Below are positions 1-37,661 of a DNA stretch of 64,000 bases, in pieces. The stretch covers positions 1,426,001 to 1,490,000 of the forward strand of contig OZ218952.1 of NCBI GenBank assembly GCA_965112735.1. The letters run 5' to 3'. The number at the start of each line of letters is the position of its first letter. Position 1 is the stretch's first letter. The stretch comes from Phaeosaccion multiseriatum (Eukaryota; Protista; Ochrophyta, other classes). The notes beneath the pieces are model-generated. The model saw only the letters and a program-made list of their open reading frames with translations, had not been told where the DNA came from and searched no databases. Position numbers and translations under genes: made by a program.

Positions 1-25330
<25,330 letters not shown>

Positions 25331-26329
25331 GGTGGCTGGCCACCTCCCTACCCAGGCAGCCTTCCTCCCTTCGGCACTGAACCCTCTCCTCTCCCTCAAG
25401 ATCCCTCAAGGATCAGTGTAGTCCATGGTCAAGAGCTCCGAGGAGGTTGAAGAGAAGTCGTAGTTCACTTCCCACAGGCCTGACCCCACCCTTCCATAGC
25501 CATCACGTTACTCTGGTTGTGTAGAGCTGATGTACCTGCTTTTGATTTTCTCCTTCCTTCTTTTGGGGGGAAAGCCTTGGACCTTGGTGGACAGAGGAAG
25601 TCAAAACAGCAAAATGCCTTACTCAATCAGGAGAGCACCAGCCCCCCACGTGCCGAAAATCGCAAGAGGGGAGAAAGGAGAAGGCTGGGCGGCACGTGGA
25701 CAGCACGGCGGCCAAGGTGATGAGAGACGTGGGGGGGGGGACAACAGAAAGCAAAGGATATAAAAGTAAAATTTAAATTTTTAACCCCCCTCCCTTCCCC
25801 ACATGATATAACTTACCTCAGAGGAGGGCCAAGTTGACTCAGAACCATATGATATCGACTGTTAGCTCTATATTGCTTGCGTAAGGTCACTGATGAACTG
25901 AACTGAACCATGCAACAATCTGACCAGCCCGCATTCCCCCCGAGCCCCAAAAGAAGTCGGCGGGAGGTTTACGACTGCAGCACATCAAAATGCGACAGCG
26001 GGTCATGAACAGCAAACCGGACGCCCGGCACAAACCAATTTTGCACAGCTGGAGACCCATTCTACCTAGCGTATCCTCGCAACTTTCCATGACTGGTAGC
26101 GTGTGAGCCAGGGCAGCGGCGCCCCTTCTCAACTCCACTCTTAGTAGCTGTCAAACAGCCAGGGTAAGTGACCCCCTTGCACCCGTATAAATATACTAAG
26201 CTGCGTGCCGTGTGTCGCGTACTTATTCTGAGCGTCGACGTGGCGTCTGCCAAGAAGGAATGGGACGGCTCCATAGACGGACCGACCGACCGACCGACAG
26301 ACGGACCGACTGACCGACCCTCCTACCTT

Positions 26330-27613
26330 TCAGCGCCGCGGACCGCTTCTTCGCATCGTCTTCTCGTACAGGCCGCGAGAAGCGACACAACTCTCTTCCC
26401 ACAAGAGCCAGGGGTTACGGACGTTCCGGCCGGATTCATCCTCATCTTCGTCATCCTCCTCTTCGTCATCCTCCTCTTCGTCGCCAAATTCAGCTCTCAT
26501 TTCGAGCAATTGCCGTCCCCACTCCGCCTTTGCCGCCCGCTGGTCATACGGTTCATAAAGCGTGTCTTGAGGACGTAGCGCACCCGAGATGAGCCGCGCC
26601 TGATACTGGAGCCAGTTGAGCTGAGGCCAGTCGCCCTCATCAATGACACCATCTCGGACAAGCTGCTCCACTCTCTCCACCTTCATTTCTTCATGCTTAT
26701 AGCCAACATCCCCCTTGAGGCATTGAAAGCCTGGAGTCCCCATGGAAGCGAACAGCAGCCGCAGCAGGTCAAAGTCCGAGATTATCGAGACCGATTTGTA
26801 GCCCGGAGCTCCATACAGCCACTCCCGGATGCGGCGGAGAGTGCAAGTGTTTAGATTCTCCACATTAATGTTCTGCACAGCAACCCACAAATCCTCGGGA
26901 ACATCAGGACAGTCCAGAAGCTCATTGGAGCACAAGCTCTCCATGCCGGTGGAGCTGCTGTACATTGGAAGCGCACGCTCCTTTGGGAACTGTTCGGCGA
27001 GCTCTTGCTGCCTCTTGTCGCCAGCCGCCTCTCCTCCCCCTCCTCTTGCTCCTCCGTCGAAGCGAATGAGCTTGAATGACCACTCTGCGCTGAATTCGCA
27101 GGAAGACATGCGAGAGCGACTATGGTAGTCATGCAGCATTTCCACTGCATGCGGAATTTCGTAGGGGGAACAGACTACCGTACTATAGTCAGCCGACCGG
27201 ACCTCCCACGGTTCTTCCAACTGACCACCTGCCCTGATTGATGTGTGGGGAAGCAAGTCCGAACCTGCTTGCCCAATGGTGGCGGCGATTCTGGCAAATG
27301 CGCGCGTGGTGTGTCTCAAGAGTAGCTCGCAATCTTCATCACCGAACCCCTCGAATCCCTTGTCATCTTGCGGATCAACCTCGTCGTCTCCTTCCTCGTC
27401 GTCTCCTCCCTCGTCGGCCCCCTCTCTCCGCGCCCTCTTCTTCTGCGGCTTCTCTTTCTTCATAGCCTGAGCAACGGACGGCTTCTGCTTCTTTCGGTAA
27501 TCATAATAGGCTTTCCAAACCTCATTATTGTCGCAAGGCGTGTCGAGTTTGGTTTCGAAGGGCAGGGGTTTGAGGTTGAAGGTTGCTATGCTCTTTGCCT
27601 TGTAGTCCGTCAT
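26330..27613 (-). CDS. Intronless hypothetical protein, about 427 aa, with a basic patch and acidic tracts near both ends
   Basis: Long, high-complexity ORF (track 26330..27655); first ATG (MTDYK) at 27613. No microsatellites and no recognisable domain. Confidence 0.8.
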   Translation of the reverse strand: MTDYKAKSIATFNLKPLPFETKLDTPCDNNEVWKAYYDYRKKQKPSVAQAMKKEKPQKKRARREGADEGGDDEEGDDEVDPQDDKGFEGFGDEDCELLLRHTTRAFARIAATIGQAGSDLLPHTSIRAGGQLEEPWEVRSADYSTVVCSPYEIPHAVEMLHDYHSRSRMSSCEFSAEWSFKLIRFDGGARGGGGEAAGDKRQQELAEQFPKERALPMYSSSTGMESLCSNELLDCPDVPEDLWVAVQNINVENLNTCTLRRIREWLYGAPGYKSVSIISDFDLLRLLFASMGTPGFQCLKGDVGYKHEEMKVERVEQLVRDGVIDEGDWPQLNWLQYQARLISGALRPQDTLYEPYDQRAAKAEWGRQLLEMRAEFGDEEEDDEEEDDEDEDESGRNVRNPWLLWEESCVASRGLYEKTMRRSGPRR

Positions 27614-27997
27614 GTTGCTCGTTGCGGGAGTTGCCGTTTGTTTGTGTGGAGCCAAACGGTCAAAAGGGCTTGCCTTAAATAAGGCTTGCCTTATTTAAAG
27701 GGTTAATTAAAGGAGGAGGAGGGACTATTTACACCCTTAAAAGTGGAGGGGAGACGGGATTTCAAAAGGAAGGCTAAGAGTAATAAGGAATTTGAGTTTT
27801 TTTCATTTCCCCTTCCCCTCCCCTCTTTCCCTTCTCTTCCACAACAAGCACAGCGAAGGGAGGAGAACGAGGAGTGATTAAAGAAGAGAGTGCAAAGAAG
27901 TAGTGGGTTGGGAAAGCAGCAGGTAGGGAAGAAGAGCCCAATGTGATCAGGCTCGCCGGCCTTTTTTGAAGGGAAGTTTTCTTCTTCAAAAATCCCC
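27614..27997. promoter_or_regulatory. Putative bidirectional promoter containing a perfect 11-bp inverted repeat (27675-27698)
   Basis: AT-rich 384-bp gap between divergent ATGs; TTAAATAAGGC-TT-GCCTTATTTAA. Confidence 0.55.
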
Positions 27998-30900
27998 ATG
28001 GAGTTCACGATGGAGCTCGGGGAGGTGGAGTACAAGCCAGGCGAGAAGTCGGGCCCTTCCACCTGCATCCCCATCGGTACACATAGCGATTTTAACGAGG
28101 ATGGGGAGCGGGGCGAGAGGGAGGACAGCTACCTGGACGGGGTTTGGGAGACGGGTCACAGGGGCACCGGCAGCGGGGGTAGGGACGGGGAGGCGGACAG
28201 GAACGGAAATGGGAATCACCCTCAGGGCTGGGGCATTGACACGGGTAACAGGCACGGGCTCGTGAGGAATGGCTCGGGCATGGGATGTTTCGGCGGTGGT
28301 GGGAGCGGAGGAGGCCGTACTCCTGAAGGTGCTGCGGACGGAAAGCAGCAGCAGTTCTCTCGGAGCCTAGCACCGCCGTCGGCTATGAATCAGCACTTCG
28401 AGCACCACATTCGCAAGGCACTCTGCGAGGGCTATTTGGAGAGGCAGTCCAAGCAGTCCGACGCGGTGTGGCGGAGACGCTGGTTTCTGCTCAAGGACAA
28501 TACCCTGTCCTATTTCCATGACAAGGAGGAGGCGGAGGCCTTCAAGGGGGGCGCCAGGGAGAGCCTGCACAACCCGAGCTCTTCCCACGTCATTGCCCTG
28601 GACCAGGTACGGTAGTAGCACCAGCAGCAGAGTCGCTATTCGGATGAATGAGTGAAGTGAATGTAGCAGGGGAGAATTGGGGAGGAGGGGAAGGAGGGGG
28701 GTGTGGGGGGGGGGGGGGGCACAATTCCGCCTCTTTTCACAGTGGGTCTTGCCTCTCGAGGCCCTATGGAGGCTCCCCACTGCCGCTAGAGTTTTGCTTG
28801 ACGGCCTTATGGAATAACTTTTCGTGTCTCACCACGAGGTTATTCAAAGGAATGAGAGTTGGAAAGGGAGGAAGTACGATAGAGCCTGCTCAAGGTCCGT
28901 TATTCTCACGGAAGGACGGCCTTATCACATAGAGAGGGCCCGTTTCCGTCTCATTATGGAAGTACTGCGGTGTCGGGGACCACGTGGGGAAATCGTCGGT
29001 CCTATCTGTTTCTTGCTCTGGCTGGGTGCGCTCTATTGAAGTGCACGCCCCCTTTCCGTTGCGACGTGTCCTTACGATTCCCCAACGAATTTGCACACTC
29101 CCGTCTCTCTTCTCTCCCACCCCCCACCCTCCTCGGCTACTCCTCGCTGTGTATGGTGTAGGTGGAGGCAGTGCGCACAGTGGAGGACTTTGGCCCCACG
29201 GCCTTCCGCGTGATCAGCGCCTCCCGTGAGGACCTGGTGCTCCGCGCTGACTCCAAGGAGGAGATGCAGGACTGGCTCTTTGGCTTCCTGCAGGTGAGTA
29301 TGGGAGTGGGAACGGTAACCGCGGAATGTTGGGCGCTGGGCTTTGGGCGTAGGGCGTAGATTTGTCTTCGCTGTTGGGGGACTCTGTCTCTCTCTGTCGA
29401 GTGAGTGAGTGAGTGTGTGAGGGGCTTTGTCCTGTCCCATGGTCCCACCTGCCTGCCTGCCCCTCCTGCCTGCTCTGCTGCCTGTCCCTGTACCTGCGCT
29501 TCTCTCCTGTTGTGCACACAATACACAGGTGTTGGCCGGTATCGTGGCAAGCCTTGTGAAGGACCCGTCGCACAACACGCTCGAGCACTCCAGCATGCGC
29601 TCCGGAAAGCGCTCCTTCCTTTACTCACCGCAGAGAGACGAGCGGGCGAGGAAGGTGAACACCACTATACGGGAGGGAGACGGGCGGGGCGGTTGGACGG
29701 ATGGATGATGAATGGCTGGACGGAAGGATGGATGGATGGACCAAGGGCTGGACGAATGGATGAAGGGCCGGGGTTCGGGCCTGAGCGAATGTTACATGTT
29801 CTACAGTCCCGTTCTTCCTTCCTTCCTTCCTTCCTTCCTTCCTTCTGTCTTTCCTTCCATGTTCATGGTCTCCCATGTCGATGGCTTGTGGTGACTCTCC
29901 TAGACAAGAGACGACTTTTTTCACCACCACCTGCGCGCTCTCTTCTTTTCTTCATTCAACCACAAACAAACAACTCTGCAGCAGGTACTGGGCCACGGTC
30001 ACGGGCGAGAGAACCGCCGCAAGCTCGGCTTCTACTCCTCCATGGTCAAGACGGATGGACCCATCTTCAGGTAAATGGACTTACTTTACTGTACATGTCA
30101 ACAAAGGGAGGAGGGGCAGGGGTGGGCTTTGCGAGTGTGAATGGCGCTTTTAACACCAGAGCGGACATTTGGTGGTGCTTTAGCAATTTGAGAACGAAAA
30201 GGGTCCAAAGAGGTAGACATTTGTTCCGTCCTTTGGGCAGGGAGGGAGGGGGAAGGGTGGGGGAGACAGGTCTTTTGTGAAGGGTGGTGGAGACGGTTGT
30301 TGTTGTTGTTGTTGTTTTTGTTGTTGTTGCTGTTGTAAGTAGTAGTAGTAGTAGTTGAGTAGTAGTAAAGCAGTATTTTTGTGGTAGTCGTACTAGTACT
30401 AGTCGTTGTCGCTATAGTTGTTGCAGCTGTCGTCGTTGTCATCCCCTCACGCCACCCCCTTTTCTTCTGGTGCGTCCTGTCCTGTCCTTCGCTGTCCATC
30501 CTTGTTGTGCACCACCACACGGCAAACACAAACCAGGAAACACCTCTCGGGTAGCGAGCTCCTTCCTGCCTTTGCTCGGTCCGCATCCGGCCAGCTAAGG
30601 ATTGGCAGAACCGACTTCGGCCCCATGAGAGGCCCTTCCCCTGCCAAAGAAAGCGATATGTCAATGGCCAAGAACATGCTTCGGGAAGGGCATAACAACA
30701 AGGGTGGGGGTGGGGCTGTACAGAGCAGGCGACACACCAGCGCCAGTGCTAGTGCTGCGACTGACCAGGCGAAGCTTGCGCAGATGGACTGGCTCAATCG
30801 GGAGCGGGACACGGACGTTGATGAAACCGACGCCTTCCCCCTGTCAGATGGTGGTGCGGAGGGGGGCGGAGAGCTCGACACCACAGCCGCCACCACGGCA

Positions 30901-33900
30901 CTGGAGAGAGACTCTGACGAAGATGAAGAGGACGAACCGATGCAGATGGTGATCACGAGCGTAGTCAGCTCCGATCTTGATGACGAGGCTCTTGCCGCGC
31001 CTGGGGGGGGCGCCTTCTCCTCCTCTGCTGCCGCGGCCATCTCGCCACGGTCCTTCTCCCACTCTTCCCGCTCCCACTCCCACTCCCACTCCTCCCGTTT
31101 CCACTCCCACTCCCACTCCTCCCGCTCCCACTCCCGCTCCCACTCCCGCTCCCGCTCCCGCCCACGCCGCTCCGCTGCTGCCCCTGGGGGTGGCGGCCTG
31201 GACGCTACGCTGACTGTGGGAGGACTGACGGTGGGCGATGACGATGCTTCGCTAGGCTCAGTGGGCGGCGGCAGCACCAGCTCCAGCAGCTCCGGCGAGG
31301 AGGATCCCCCCCTTGATGCGACGCTTGCCGCGACGGTCTCGCTTGCCTCGCCGGCGGACGCCGACCGTGATGGCCTTGGCGTTGGATGCGAGCCGTCGCC
31401 GCACGAAGGGGCTCTGTCGGCTGCTCTGCGCATGCCGCCACCAGCCATGTTGCCCCCAAGCAGGTCTCCCCCTCCGCCGATTCGGAGTATATCAGATCCT
31501 ACACATTGGGGCCCCGGGTCGCAGTCTCCACACCACCACGGAGTGGTCTCGGCCGTGTCGTCTGTAGCTGCTGCTGCTGCTGGTAGCAGTGGTGGTGGTG
31601 ATGGTGCTACTGCTGTTCTTCGTGCTGCCACCGCTACCGCTGCTGCTGTGGCAGCGCCCCCAAAGAAGTATGTACCGCCCCACCTGAGGGGAAGGGGCGT
31701 CAGTGAACCTGTCGCCATCGCAGCGGCCCCGGCAAGGAGGAGCCAGCTCGGGGAGGACGAGGAGGAGGTGGAGGAGAACATGTTCGGGTTCAGCCCTGAG
31801 GAGATAGTGTACCAGGGGGGGGGCGCCGGGAGCAACCAACTAGGGGGAGGGAGGGAGGCTGGGACAGGGGTAGGCGCGGTAGGATGTGGCGCTTCCCCTC
31901 CTCCACCTCCGCAGTGGATAACAGGAGGAGGAGGAGGAGGAGGAGGAGGAGGAGGGGTGGTGGGTAGCCCTCCACCAGGAGCTGAGGAGATGCTTGCCAT
32001 TGGGGGTGGAGTCTACGAAAGGAGGGACTCTCTGCCGTGGGCGGAGGCGGTGAGTGAGTTTCACTACGACGGGTCCTACCACGACGATATGCCCTGCCTC
32101 CCCAACAGCGACTGCAACGAGGGCAAGGGCGGAAGGCGGGGGAGACGGCGAAGGAGGCAGAGCGGAGAAGGAGCAGCAGTTGGTAATACAGCGGCACAGC
32201 AGGCACAGGCACAGAGCTCCTCGGGGGGCGGGGGACCGCATTTGTCGTGGAGCTCGGGGGTGTGTAGCATCATGGGGCGGCGAGAGAAGCAGGAGGATCG
32301 CTACATTGTCATTCCTCGCTTCGAGGAGATGCATGGCCGGCGGCGGCAGCAGCAGCAGCAGTGGCGGCGGCAGGAGGAGGAGGAAGAGGAGGAAGAGGAG
32401 GAAGGGGTAGAACATCAGGCCTCTGGGGAGGCAACGTGCGGCGAAGATCAGAGGCGGCGGGGCCGGGACGGGGGAGAGACGGGCGGAGAGGAGGAGGCGG
32501 ACGACGGAGACAAGGACGAGGACGAGGAGGGGACGAAAGAGGCCTTTTTCGGCGTGTACGACGGCCACTGCGGCTATAGAGCAGCGCAGTTCGTAAGGGA
32601 CAAACTTCACGTCCAGGTAAGGTGCACTGTGCACACACGCACACGCACGGCACGCACGTCCTCCTCCTGTCCTGTCCTTACTTGTTCAAGCGAGTCTGTT
32701 TGTATTGCCGACATGAGTGTGAGACACCTGTGTCTTGGGAGGGAAGGAAGTGACGAATGTTTGGCAGTGAGTGCTGATGAAGTGTCTGATTCACTTACTT
32801 TTCCATCTCTCCACCCCTTCCTCACTTCAAGTTACACATCCCATTCACGCATACTCCCACTCCTCCACTCCTCTCCTGACTCCTTCACTCCCCACTACCC
32901 GTTCCTCCACTCCTCCACTCACTCACTCACCCACTCACTCACTCACTCACCCTCTTACTCACTCAGCCTCGCTCACTCACTCACTCACTCACTCACTCCC
33001 TCACTCACTCACTCACCCTCTCACTCACTCAGCCTCGCTCACTCACTCACTCACTCACCCACTCAATCACCCACTCACTCAACGTCTCACCCACTCACTC
33101 ACTCACCCACTCACTCACCCACTCACTCACTCAATCACCCACTCAATCAGCCGCTCACTCACCCACTCACTCCCTCACTCACTCCCTCACTCACCCCCTC
33201 ACTCACTCCCTCACTCGTTCAGGCCGGGGCGCACGAGCACTTCTTGAGCGACCCCCGCCGGGCCTTCCATGAGGTGATCGAAAAAGTTGACGCCGAGTTC
33301 CTGGAGCTGTGTGCGGAGAATCAGTGGTACAGCGGCACCACCGTGTTGGTCGCACTACTCAGGGGCTCCATGCTGCTGCTCGGGTGTCTGGGGGACTGCG
33401 AGGCAGTGCTCAGTCGGGACGGAGGGGCCAAGTGTGTGAGTGTTAAGCACAATCCCAATAGAGAGGACGAGAAGTCTCGCATCACGGTAAGAAGGAGAGG
33501 AGATGGCTGTTTTGTTTTCCTTCTCGTGTTTTGTTGTTTTCTTTTCTCGTCACCCTTGTCCTCTCCCTTCTCATTGAAGTCTCTAACAAGTAGCATTTCC
33601 CTCTCTCCCTTGACCCTATCCTACTGCTGCCGCTGCTCTGGCTGCCATTTGTACCACCAAATGCTGCTGCTGCTACGGCTGCTGCTTATATCACCAACTC
33701 CTCCTCCTGACCATCCTATCCTGCTACTTTCAAAGGCGGCGAACGGATGGGTGACGGAGGAGAAGGAGCTCTTCCTGCGTCAGCTCAAGCAAATGGACCT
33801 GCAGGACCCCCTCATTCGCCAGAGCGCCACGGAGCACGTCAAGTGGACCACCATCACCAGGCTGTGTGGAGAGATTAGCGTGTCCAGAGCGGTGGGGGAT

Positions 33901-34670
33901 AGAGACTTTAAAGGCTTCACACAGCGCCGCCTGGACATGGAGCACGAGGAGGCGGGCAGGCGGAGATTGGCGGCCACGGGCGGCCATGGGCAGGGCCAAG
34001 GGCAGGGGCAGGAGCAGGGACAGGAGCGGGACAACGGGGGGGTCGGAGGGGTGGGGGGGTTGTTGCGGGGGCAGGAGGGGGACCAACATGACGAGCAGAA
34101 TGAGCAACAGGAGGAGCAGAAGCAGCAGCGGCAGCAGCAGCAGGAGGAGGAAGCGCCTTTGAGAAAGGGAGTGCCTCCCCTGGAGGCAGGGCTGTTCCTC
34201 TGGCCCAAGGAGCACAGCGGAGAGTTCTTCGACGACTTGATCATCCCCACACCTGAGTTCACAGAGGAGCAGCTCAGGCCTGGTGACGACTTTCTGGTGC
34301 TGGCCTGCGACGGGCTGTGGGACGTGCTCAGCATGGAGGTGGGTGGATAGGTGGTGATGATGATGGATCATGATGATCATGATGATCATGATGGTGATGG
34401 TGGTCTGCCGATCCTTACGCCCATATGCCTGCCCATGTGTACCGCATGCCCGTCTACCCATACCCATACCGCACGCCTTTCTCTGCCTGACCTACCCATA
34501 CACCTCTCCCATGTCCTGACACCCTGCAGGAGGTGGTGCAGCACGGGCAGCAGTGCAGCAGGAAGGGGCTCTGTGCGCAGGCCACAGCGAGCAGTTTGTG
34601 CAAGCTTGCCTACAAGACGGGCACCTCAGACAACGTTACCGTGGTGGTGGTACGGCTGCATTGGGCGTAG
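27998..34670 (+). CDS. PH domain-containing PP2C/PPM family protein phosphatase, 8 exons
   Basis: Approximate exons: 27998-28606, 29162-29293, 29529-29654, 29985-30070, 30538-32616, 33223-33486, 33735-34338, 34530-34670. PH motifs: EGYLERQS..WRRRWFLLKDNTLSYF and LRADSKEEMQDWL. PP2C motifs: MGRREKQEDR, FFGVYDGHCG, SGTT, GDC, SVSRAVGD, FLVLACDGLWDV, GTSDNVTVVVV. Stop TAG at 34668-34670. Confidence 0.9.
32910..33215. repeat. (ACTC)n-type array at the 3' end of a PP2C intron
   Basis: CACT/CACC tetramers with a duplicated CAGCCTCGCTC block, ending just before the acceptor at 33222. Confidence 0.9.
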
Positions 34671-35396
34671 TGTATGGGGAGTGAGTGTTGGCGCGTATGT
34701 ATGCGACATCGCGACTGCTTTGGGCATAGTGCTGGGGTGAGTGGTACGTAACCTTAAGTACAAGCAGCGGAGAAGAGAAGAGGATGCAATGGTGAGGGGG
34801 TGTGTTAGACAGATAGTGCATAGGTGCCACATGGCCGCGCATGGCTTGAGGGGGGGGGGGGGGCAGGCGGAGGCCGGGGAAGGGGATTGAAGGGAGCGGG
34901 GGGGGCGATGAAAGGGAGGCGAGGGACAGGACGGAGGGAGGGAGGGAGGAAGGGAGAGAGGGAAGGGAGGGAACTGCCACGCCCAAGAAGTTCTCGTCGA
35001 CACATTCTCCACCCCCCGGCTGCTGCTGCTGCGTCGACAGGGAAGGGATTCGATTCCTTTAGTGTATGATAGTGCTTGTGGTACCCGATTCACTCCTGTG
35101 TGTAGACACTGCTACTTGCTTATACGTACTAAGGTACCATATTTTTGAGACACTTGTTTTCGTTTTCCTGTGGAGCGAAGGAAGATACTAGACACAGCTC
35201 GCCTGCCCCCCCCCTCTTGCGTCACAATGTGCCTCACAAAGTAGGTAAGGGGGGAGATGAAGCACACTGATTGAATGGCTGTGCGGCACACTTGTTTAGG
35301 CAGAAGACGCGTCAAAGGAGGAGCAGGAGGAGGTGGAGCTCGCGGAAGAAGGCACGCATGTTTCTTTCTTCGTTTTTGTGTTTCTATTTCTGTACA

Positions 35397-35978
35397 TCAT
35401 TCACCACGTATACAATTCATGACTTCCTTGGCGGCCCTTGAGCCTGAGTCGTACGCGGCGTGCACGGTCATGCCCGCTTTGTTGGTGTGCTCTCCGGCGA
35501 AGAAGAGCCTGTCCCCCACAGGCCGCGCTAATGCTGCGTGTAGAGTGCCATAATGCCCGGTCGTTGTTGTTGTTGGGAGGGGGGGGGGAGGGGGGCTAGG
35601 CAGCCCGTTCTCCTGCCTCGTACCAAAGGTGGCCGCAGTGGCCTCGGCAGCAGCAGCCAGAGGGAAGCTGTATCCGCTACGAATGAAGGGGTGGTCGGCC
35701 CAGTCGTGCAGCATCCCTCCCGTGAAGCACGTACTTGGGAGCACACTGAGGGGCGTACGGCAGTCTGCGCCGGAGCGCGAGGAGGAGGAGCAGGAGGAGG
35801 TGGAGGATGTGGTAGTAGTAGCACCGCTGGCACCGGCACCAGCCCCGCAGACCTCGTCCAGCTGAGCGACGGCTCTCTTGACGGCCTCGCTCTCACCCAG
35901 GGCTGCGATGCGATCGGCCCACACGCTCGTCGCAAAGGCCACCACTACGCAGACTGTGTCCTCCTCCTCCTCCTCCTC

Positions 35979-36023
<45 letters not shown>

Positions 36024-37335
36024 ATTCAGACTCGTTCCTACTGCTGCTGCAGCTGCTGCTGTTGTACCCCCGACTGCTGCTGTGGAGGATGGGCGTTCCA
36101 ACACGCGGAACCAGAACTCTGGAAACAGACAATCTGCGCAGATCAACCCGTGCAGGCCGGGATCAAACCACTGCCGCGAGAACTTGAGAATGAGCTTGAC
36201 CACCCGCTCCATCCCAAAGGCAGCCATCGCCTCGTGCTTGGCATCGGGGAGAGCGGGCTCAAAGGCAATGTCACCGTCCTTGAGAATGCGAATCGGCACC
36301 GTAATCACCACCTGCCCCCCCCACAGCTCTTGTCCGGTTGTGCTTGTTACCCGCACTCCCTCCCCACCACCACCACCACGACCACCATCACCACTAGTAC
36401 TGCTACGACCACCACCACCACCAGCAGCGTGCTCGACTTTGGCGACTGGCCAGCTCAGGAGAAGGTCGTCTGGCTCGCCCCCCCTGCGTAAGTTCTCAAT
36501 GAGGAGTCGGAAAGACCCCCCCTGCATGAATCTGTAGTCTCCATGTCCGTCGGATGCCTCCCACTCCCTCTCCAAGTGGCACGCCCCTGCGAAGCTCACT
36601 TGACTCAGCGCGGCCCCTGCCGTGTTGCCGTAACCCGCGTCTGCCATGCCTTCCATCCTCGGTGGCAGACCCTCCTGCTCCAGGTGCTGCAGGAAAGATC
36701 GCTCGTCCCCTTCTGTCGCCGAGGGGAGGGTGTCCGACAGGCAGTCCAGCATCTCTCCCATCTTGACAAAGTCCTCGTCGGAGGTGTTCCACATGAGCAG
36801 CTTCTTCTCCTTGCCGAGGTAGTACAAGGCATGGCTCTTGTCGTCTCCCTCGATCGGTATGGGCCCACCGTCCCCCTGGGCCCACGTGAAGACCTCCTGC
36901 AGTGCCCAGCCCTCCTTCGCGGCCAGTCCCATGATGGAGGTCGTGCTTCCATGGAGAAACTCGGGGCCAAGCTCTAGCTGAAACAGGCAAGGGAGGATGG
37001 TCGCTTTAAGGTGAGGGAAGCTGTGTGCACCATGCAAACGACGGCAGGCTGCTCACCTCTACGCCGGGCAAGAAGGTCGAGTTCTGCAGTACGCGCCCAC
37101 CCACGTAGTCAGCTGCTTCTACGAGAACAATCTGGACGGCGTTGGTGGCGTGAGTGATTGGTGGTGAGTGCTACACAGGTACAGCAGAGGCAGAGTCCTC
37201 CTCACAACCAAATCATTTCAGCACCTGGCCTGGGAACCCGAGCTCCTTGAGGTGCTGCACGACTCGCAGTCCTGCCACGCCAGCCCCCACGACGATGCAG
37301 CGGCCAGCCTGCTCAGCATCATCGCTCCTTGTCAT
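35397..37335 (-). CDS. Flavin-containing amine oxidase (polyamine/monoamine oxidase-like), 3 exons
   Basis: ATG at 37335. Exon 1 has the Rossmann motif IVVGAGVAGL; exon 2 has VEAADYVGGRV; exon 3 has ELGPEFLHG, VVITVP, WADHPFIRSGYS and RLFFAGEHT..TVHAAYDSGSRAA. Confidence 0.9.
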
Positions 37336-37661
37336 GATTTTTTTTTTTTTTTTTACGGACCCATCTACCCAAGCCAGCGTCGAGACACAGGAGGGGTGTG
37401 AGATTTATATTAGAGCTTATGGGCTCAGTATTGGCGCTCTTGAGGTGAGTGGTAACCGTGAAAGGGGGATAAAGGAGGAAAGGGAAAGGGGAAGGGCCCA
37501 TGGAGAACCAACACGCCAAGATCCTAAATCCCGAAAGTCAATTCCCCGACAAAAAAAAAGAAAAAAAAACAAAAAAACGAGAGGAGCAAAAATCGATTCG
37601 CGTCCCACGCTCTTCTCGACCTTGCCTGGTGGGGTGAGTCTGCCCCGTGCCGCTCAGGAAG
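37336..37661. promoter_or_regulatory. Putative bidirectional promoter (amine oxidase / ankyrin) with poly(T) and poly(A) tracts
   Basis: 326-bp gap between divergent ATGs; T-run at about 37338-37354, A-rich run at about 37551-37577. Confidence 0.5.

Noticed and set aside
25808-25970. ACTTACCT resembling the 5' end of U1 snRNA
   Set aside because: No U1-70K or U1A loop sequence and no Sm site at the expected positions; better explained as a minus-strand splice donor.
30418-34350. 1310-aa ORF as a single-exon protein
   Set aside because: It reads through two stop-free introns (32617-33222, 33487-33734) that have clear GT-AG ends and interrupt PP2C motifs.
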